Source: an uncultured bacterium
GTDB taxonomy: Bacteria; AUK180
DNA length: 20,000 bases
Reading direction: 5' to 3'
Assembly (NCBI GenBank): GCA_937863565.1
Contig: CALMGJ010000012.1
Span: forward strand, 183,660 to 203,659
Shown here: positions 15,638-20,000 of the stretch, one piece after another
Layout: every line of letters starts with the position of its first letter
Position numbering within the stretch: position 1 is the first letter of the stretch
The notes under the pieces: generated by a model
What the model was told of the DNA's origin: nothing
The model's database searches: none
Seen by the model: the letters and a program-made list of their open reading frames with translations, nothing else
Made by a program: the position numbers and the translations under genes

Positions 15638-17538
15638 CGGTTCCCCCCGTGCGCACCGCTTCCCGTTAAAACCAGAACACCTTCTCCGGCCGGGATCCTG
15701 AATGCGGTGAAATGCCTGTATTCGTAAGCATTGCGGAAAGAGCTCTGGAAGGCGTATTTTACCAGGCATTCCCTTTCCCGGAAGGTCCTGTATTTTACGG
15801 CAAGCGTTCCGGTGCCCGTGAGAAGCTCCATACTCTCCCCGTTCTCGAGCGGAGTGTCGTAAAGTAATTTTTCTTTATGTCCGAAATCGAGTATCTCGAA
15901 CCGTCCGGACCTGTATACAACGGTCCCGCCCAGATCGCGATTCAATTTCAGCGCGTCTATCTGGGATGAGTTCACAATGAAAAAACGGGCGGCGAAATGG
16001 TCCGGGTCGATATTCTCCATTTTTATTATCTGATCGTTCAGGGCCCTCGAACTGCCGTTCTGAAGCCAATCATGCCAGATGCCGAAATTGATCTCTATAC
16101 CGCAATTGTACGCAAGATATTCGGGATCAGTATAATTGTTCTTTCCGTAAGACATGAAGATGAACCTATCCTTCTCAAGACCGTTTCCTCTGATCCATCC
16201 TGCAATGTCCCGCATTTCCTTCTGATAGGGGTTCGGAATGAATATCTGCGAATATGAAGGTATAAGTTCAATGAAGGAAAGGGCGAGCACGATATAGATC
16301 TCCCCGGCTTTCAGCGTTCTCAAAAAACTGCAAACAGAGATGACGAAAAAAACGATACCTGCCGCCTCAAAAAAATAATAAGGATTTCTCATATTGCCGA
16401 AAAAGGGAAAAAGCGATAGAACCCTGAAAAGCGGTATGACCGCAAGAATGAAAATGAAAATGAAACCACGGATCCCGTATTTGCGCACGATGAGATAAAA
16501 ATAGAAGAGCATGAACCCGGCGCCGGCGATCCCGATAATGAACGACAGCGGACCCTGTCCTCTGAAAAACGTGAAAAGCCCGGCAACGGGAGACTTGTGG
16601 CCGAAACTGAGATTAATTGAAAGGACCGCGGGCAGGAAAAAACTGAATGGGACTTTGCCTTTGTAGAAACCCCAGAAGAAAATGAAACACATGACGGCCC
16701 CGATATTCCTTATCGCAGTTCCATGAACCGGGCCGTCGTATCCCGAGAATATTATGTTCCAATCATTGAAGAATTGAGAGAAGAATCCCAGAGAATACCT
16801 GTCGCGGATCCGCCAAAGCATTTCCGCGGAATAGAAAGGATGTCGCGCATATCCTTTCATGAAGATGGCCATTGCCAGAAGACCGGCGATAACAGCTGAG
16901 ATGAAAATCCAAAAAGAAGCCTTTTTCCGGAAGTGCTCGGTGATGAGCTCGATAATAATATAAGCGGTGATGATGAAAACAGGTACAACGAAGAACTCGA
17001 ATTGGGAGAAAAGAAGCATGATGAGTGCCCCGGCTGCAAGGAAGTAGTATACTCCTTTCTCGGCGGAAGCCCGGTAAAAAAGCAAAAGGAAGGGGACAAA
17101 AACATACGGCGCCATCAGAATGGAAAAACGGAAAAGCTGGAAAAGGATAACGGGGTTCATAATGAAAAGGAGCGGAAGCAGCACCAGACCGTCTCTGTAG
17201 GCCCTCCTTTCGAGCAAATAAAGCGCAGCTACTACAAGCAGCATGGAAAGCACGATCACACATTTCGCCGCAGCCTCGTCGGGCATGAGCAGTTTGAAAA
17301 AAGAGTGAACGGCCGGAAAAAGCAGATAGCAGTTAGTGAATTGCGTATATGAACCGAAATAGAAATATGGAACCCAGACATTTTCAAAAGGCCTTGCCCG
17401 GGCGATCCCGGACCAGAACATCTTTCCGGGAAGTTCATTATCAGCACCGAAACCGTCGAGCATGAAAAATGAGACGGCAAGATAGATGCAGATCGCGATC
17501 AGGATCACCGGAAATGCTTTCCCGGAGGTTCTTTTCAT
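15634..17538 (-). CDS. Polytopic membrane protein, YfhO/PTPS-related-like, putative GT-C-fold glycosyltransferase
   Basis: 634 aa with 12 or more hydrophobic segments. Acidic first loop (GADNELP), W.PYFYFG motif, FPFFGNMRNP loop and a soluble C-terminal domain. The CDS is confident; the family is inferred from motif resemblance only. Confidence 0.6.
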   Translation of the reverse strand: MKRTSGKAFPVILIAICIYLAVSFFMLDGFGADNELPGKMFWSGIARARPFENVWVPYFYFGSYTQFTNCYLLFPAVHSFFKLLMPDEAAAKCVIVLSMLLVVAALYLLERRAYRDGLVLLPLLFIMNPVILFQLFRFSILMAPYVFVPFLLLFYRASAEKGVYYFLAAGALIMLLFSQFEFFVVPVFIITAYIIIELITEHFRKKASFWIFISAVIAGLLAMAIFMKGYARHPFYSAEMLWRIRDRYSLGFFSQFFNDWNIIFSGYDGPVHGTAIRNIGAVMCFIFFWGFYKGKVPFSFFLPAVLSINLSFGHKSPVAGLFTFFRGQGPLSFIIGIAGAGFMLFYFYLIVRKYGIRGFIFIFILAVIPLFRVLSLFPFFGNMRNPYYFFEAAGIVFFVISVCSFLRTLKAGEIYIVLALSFIELIPSYSQIFIPNPYQKEMRDIAGWIRGNGLEKDRFIFMSYGKNNYTDPEYLAYNCGIEINFGIWHDWLQNGSSRALNDQIIKMENIDPDHFAARFFIVNSSQIDALKLNRDLGGTVVYRSGRFEILDFGHKEKLLYDTPLENGESMELLTGTGTLAVKYRTFRERECLVKYAFQSSFRNAYEYRHFTAFRIPAGEGVLVLTGSGAHGGNR

Positions 17539-17545
17539 TTGAATA

Positions 17546-17573
17546 ATTATAACAGAACAGGGTGTTTTTTCAA
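17546..17573 (-). promoter_or_regulatory. Sigma70 promoter of the membrane-protein pair (probably leaderless)
   Basis: On the minus strand: TTGAAA (17573-17568), 16 bp spacer, TG-T-TATAAT (hexamer 17551-17546), then 7 nt to ATG 17538. No SD. Confidence 0.72.
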
Positions 17574-17579
17574 AATCAA

Positions 17580-17615
17580 TTGACTTTTTCCGCTATTTGT
17601 CATACCATATATAAT
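17580..17615 (+). promoter_or_regulatory. Divergent promoter for the ABC transporter operon
   Basis: TTGACT (17580-17585), 17 bp spacer, TACCAT (17603-17608). An alternative TATAAT lies at 17610-17615. Confidence 0.55.
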
Positions 17616-17643
17616 AGAGGATTGAAAAAGGCGAACGCAACCT

Positions 17644-18516
17644 ATGTTTAGGATAGAGAATATCGAAAAAACTTATTCCCCGCTTAATATATTCGAAGGA
17701 CTCAATTGGAAAAAAACGCCGGTCAAGGTGCTGAAAAAAGTAAGTTTCACTTTGGAGAAGAACAGGATCATCGCACTATTGGGATGCAATGGCGCAGGGA
17801 AGACCACTTTGCTGAAGATCCTTTCGGGAATGCTGCTGCCTGACGGCGGCGATGTATTATGGGACGGGAAAAAGCTCAGTGAAAACAAGGAGTATTTCGC
17901 TTCGCACATCGGTTATATCGGGCCGGAGGACAGAAGCTTCTACTGGAGGCTCACTCTCTACGAGAATATGGAGTTCTTCTGCGGTTTTTTTGAGGGGCAT
18001 GCGGACAGGGAGAAAATATTATCCGTTTTCCGTACTCTGGGGATCGACCAGTACAGGGATACCCCGTTCAGGATGCTGTCTGCAGGAACGAAGGCGAAAG
18101 CTCAGCTCGCCCGAGGCCTTCTTTGGTCGGACCGCTTTCTCATTCTTGATGAACCGTTCGCGAACATAGATATCAAATCCCGCGAAGAGATCAAAGGATT
18201 TCTCAAGAAATGGATCTCGGAAGGGGAACGCTATATGCTGATCACGTCGCACCATATAGATGAACTGGAAGACTGGATAGACGAAGTGTTCGTACTGACG
18301 GACGGTTTCATAATGGAACCGGAGAATGAGGATGTTTTTAAAAAACAGATGGTCAGGGTGGAGTACGAGGAAGGGGATTCCGAATACTTGGAGTATGCCG
18401 ATCTCATCATGCAGGGAGTTAAGTTCAAAGGTCGCCCCAAAAAGATCGAAATAGTGAAAGAAGGCGTAACAGACGTGATTAGAAGGCTGAAAGATGGATC
18501 CAAGAAAGATATATAG
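17644..18516 (+). CDS. ABC transporter ATP-binding protein (ABC-2/CcmA-DrrA-like exporter)
   Basis: Walker A GCNGAGKTT, signature LSAGTK, Walker B LILDEP, H-loop TSHH. Confidence 0.93.
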   Translation: MFRIENIEKTYSPLNIFEGLNWKKTPVKVLKKVSFTLEKNRIIALLGCNGAGKTTLLKILSGMLLPDGGDVLWDGKKLSENKEYFASHIGYIGPEDRSFYWRLTLYENMEFFCGFFEGHADREKILSVFRTLGIDQYRDTPFRMLSAGTKAKAQLARGLLWSDRFLILDEPFANIDIKSREEIKGFLKKWISEGERYMLITSHHIDELEDWIDEVFVLTDGFIMEPENEDVFKKQMVRVEYEEGDSEYLEYADLIMQGVKFKGRPKKIEIVKEGVTDVIRRLKDGSKKDI

Positions 18517-19297
18517 CTTTATAAAAAGGGATTTCCGCGAATTCATATCCTACCCGCTTTCTGCGCTGTTCACATTCCTTTCTGTTTTTCTTACTCTTTT
18601 TATCTTCTTCTACCTCTCGCGCGTCATTTCACCCGGGTCCTCGATCCTGAAATATTCGGGAGATTATTTTTCTTTCGTCATAATAGGGATAGCATTTTCA
18701 TCTGCGGCCACTTCGGGACTCAACACAATTGTCTCGGCGCTGCGAAATGAAGAGATGAAGGGAACGCTGGAGATACTTCTCTCCGGCAGAGTGAAGACCA
18801 TCGATGTTCTTACGGGCCTCATGTCCTTCAATATCATCTTCGAGCTGTTCAGAATGCTGTTCATCTTAGTTCTGTCCGCGGTTTTCTTCGGCCTTAAGAT
18901 ACATTACGATAAGATATATGTGAGCATTATTTTCCTTCTCCTCACTTTCTTCACTTTCCTTTCGCTGGGCATTATTTCCGGAGGGATAATCCTGATAACG
19001 AAAAAGGGGAATCCGCTGTCATTTCTCGTCAATCAGGCCAATCTGCTTTTCTCCGGAGTGTATTTCCCGTACGAGATCCTGCCGCTCTGGCTCAAAGTCT
19101 TCAGTTTCGCTTTCCCTACGACGTATGCGCTGAAGGCGATAAGGCTCAATCTCCTGCAGGGATACGGTTTCGATAGACTCTACGGGGAGCTGTTCATCCT
19201 GATAGGTTTTGCCGCTGTCCTTCTTCCGGCTTCAGTGGTCTTTTTCGATCAGGCCCTTAAACTGTGTAAAAAATGGGGAAGTTTAAATACGTATTGA
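18494..19297 (+). CDS. ABC-2 type transporter permease
   Basis: About 6 TM segments. DYFSFVIIG, E...GTLE.LL, LFSGVYFP..ILP.WL, P.TYAL.AIR. Overlaps the end of the ATPase gene. Confidence 0.9.
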   Translation: MDPRKIYSFIKRDFREFISYPLSALFTFLSVFLTLFIFFYLSRVISPGSSILKYSGDYFSFVIIGIAFSSAATSGLNTIVSALRNEEMKGTLEILLSGRVKTIDVLTGLMSFNIIFELFRMLFILVLSAVFFGLKIHYDKIYVSIIFLLLTFFTFLSLGIISGGIILITKKGNPLSFLVNQANLLFSGVYFPYEILPLWLKVFSFAFPTTYALKAIRLNLLQGYGFDRLYGELFILIGFAAVLLPASVVFFDQALKLCKKWGSLNTY

Positions 19298-19935
19298 TCC
19301 TTGCCGCCGCATTTCTTTGTACGGCCCTGTCTTCCGAAGCGATCAGGGTGCCGCGTTTAAAATATTCGGGAGGAGGGGATTGGTATAACGGAAAGACGGA
19401 GATCCCCAATCTGATGAAAAGATTCCGGGATGATTTCAAAGTAGATGTTGATGATATCGACATGAACATCTCGGCGATCAGCGCGGACCTGCTTCTATAT
19501 CCGATGATATTCATAACCGGCCACGGCAGGATCGTCTTCACCGATCTTGAAAGATCTAATCTGAGAAAATACGCCGAAGCCGGCGGTCTTCTATATATCG
19601 ACGACGACTGCGGGATGGACAAATTCATACGATCGGAACTGAAAAAGATATTTCCCGACCGCGAATTGATGCCGCTTCCGGCTGATTTCCCGCTGTTTTC
19701 AATATACTATGTTTTTGAAAAAGGCATTCCCCAGATACATATGCATGAGGAAAAACCTCCCGAGGCTTTCGGAATATTCGACGACAACGGGAATCTAATG
19801 GTCCTGTACACTTTCAATGCCAATATTTCGGACGGCTGGGACTCCAAGGGTGTGCATTCCGAGGATACGGAAGAAATAAGGGAGACCGCATTGAGGATGG
19901 GAGTGAACATTCTTCTGTACTCATTGCTTTATTGA
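19273..19935 (+). CDS. DUF4159 domain-containing exported protein
   Basis: Signal-peptide-like N-terminus (MGKFKYVLILAAAFLCTALS). RLKYSGGGDWY, YPMIFITGHG, LRKY...GG.LYIDD, HPL-like FPLF, DGW, ALRMGVNI..Y.L. Confidence 0.85.
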   Translation: MGKFKYVLILAAAFLCTALSSEAIRVPRLKYSGGGDWYNGKTEIPNLMKRFRDDFKVDVDDIDMNISAISADLLLYPMIFITGHGRIVFTDLERSNLRKYAEAGGLLYIDDDCGMDKFIRSELKKIFPDRELMPLPADFPLFSIYYVFEKGIPQIHMHEEKPPEAFGIFDDNGNLMVLYTFNANISDGWDSKGVHSEDTEEIRETALRMGVNILLYSLLY

Positions 19936-19946
19936 GGAGAGAAAAG

Positions 19947-20000
19947 ATGAGGATGACGTTCTACGGCGCCGCACGGGAAGTAACGGGCTCGAAGATCCTG
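19947..20000 (+). CDS. MBL-fold metallo-hydrolase, beta-CASP/RNA-processing nuclease family (5' fragment)
   Basis: Manual translation MRMTFYGAAREVTGSKIL matches the characteristic N-terminal F.GAA.EVTGS motif. SD GAGGAG upstream. Runs off the window. Confidence 0.8.
   Translation, partial: MRMTFYGAAREVTGSKIL

Noticed and set aside
3257..15769. N-terminal extensions in the ORF track for rplM (3257), cdsA (7575), rseP (9420) and the TPR membrane protein (15769)
   Set aside because: They overlap upstream genes. Downstream starts have SDs or stop/start overlaps and match normal protein N-termini, so these are not fusions or novel domains.
17644..19297. ABC pair as the exporter of a RiPP/lasso-peptide cluster
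   Set aside because: No precursor peptide, PqqD/RRE, cyclase or radical SAM gene is present in the window.
1..20000. Alternative genetic code, selenocysteine or programmed frameshifts
   Set aside because: TGA, TAA and TAG all end conserved genes at their expected C-termini, and no gene appears split.
1..20000. CRISPR arrays, tRNA/rRNA, IS elements, prophage or defence genes
   Set aside because: I saw no periodic repeats, RNA gene signatures, transposase/integrase motifs or recognisable defence domains, and almost all the sequence is accounted for by CDSs.

Overview
Gene-dense bacterial chromosomal segment using the standard genetic code (TGA is a stop). The proteins are fairly divergent, which suggests a poorly sampled lineage, but the taxon cannot be assigned from this window. 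From left to right: a truncated minus-strand hypothetical gene that the ORF track misses; a divergent, atypical Rex repressor; and a long plus-strand gene run rpmB-lat-rplM-rpsI-rpsB-tsf-pyrH-frr-uppS-cdsA-dxr-rseP-ispG-(endonuclease III-like HhH-GPD). Next come a nitrilase-family hydrolase and an RppH-like Nudix hydrolase. Two tandem minus-strand polytopic membrane proteins resembling GT-C glycosyltransferases (one with C-terminal TPRs) are transcribed divergently from an ABC-2 exporter pair, a DUF4159 protein and the start of a beta-CASP/MBL nuclease. I found no RNA genes, mobile elements, CRISPR arrays or long repeats. Most of the window is housekeeping. The most notable points are: (i) four transcription units whose first ATG lies 5-7 nt after a -10 box with no Shine-Dalgarno, i.e. 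probable leaderless mRNAs; (ii) a lysine epsilon-aminotransferase embedded among ribosomal protein genes; (iii) the GT-C pair / ABC exporter / DUF4159 locus as a candidate uncharacterised surface or protein glycosylation system.
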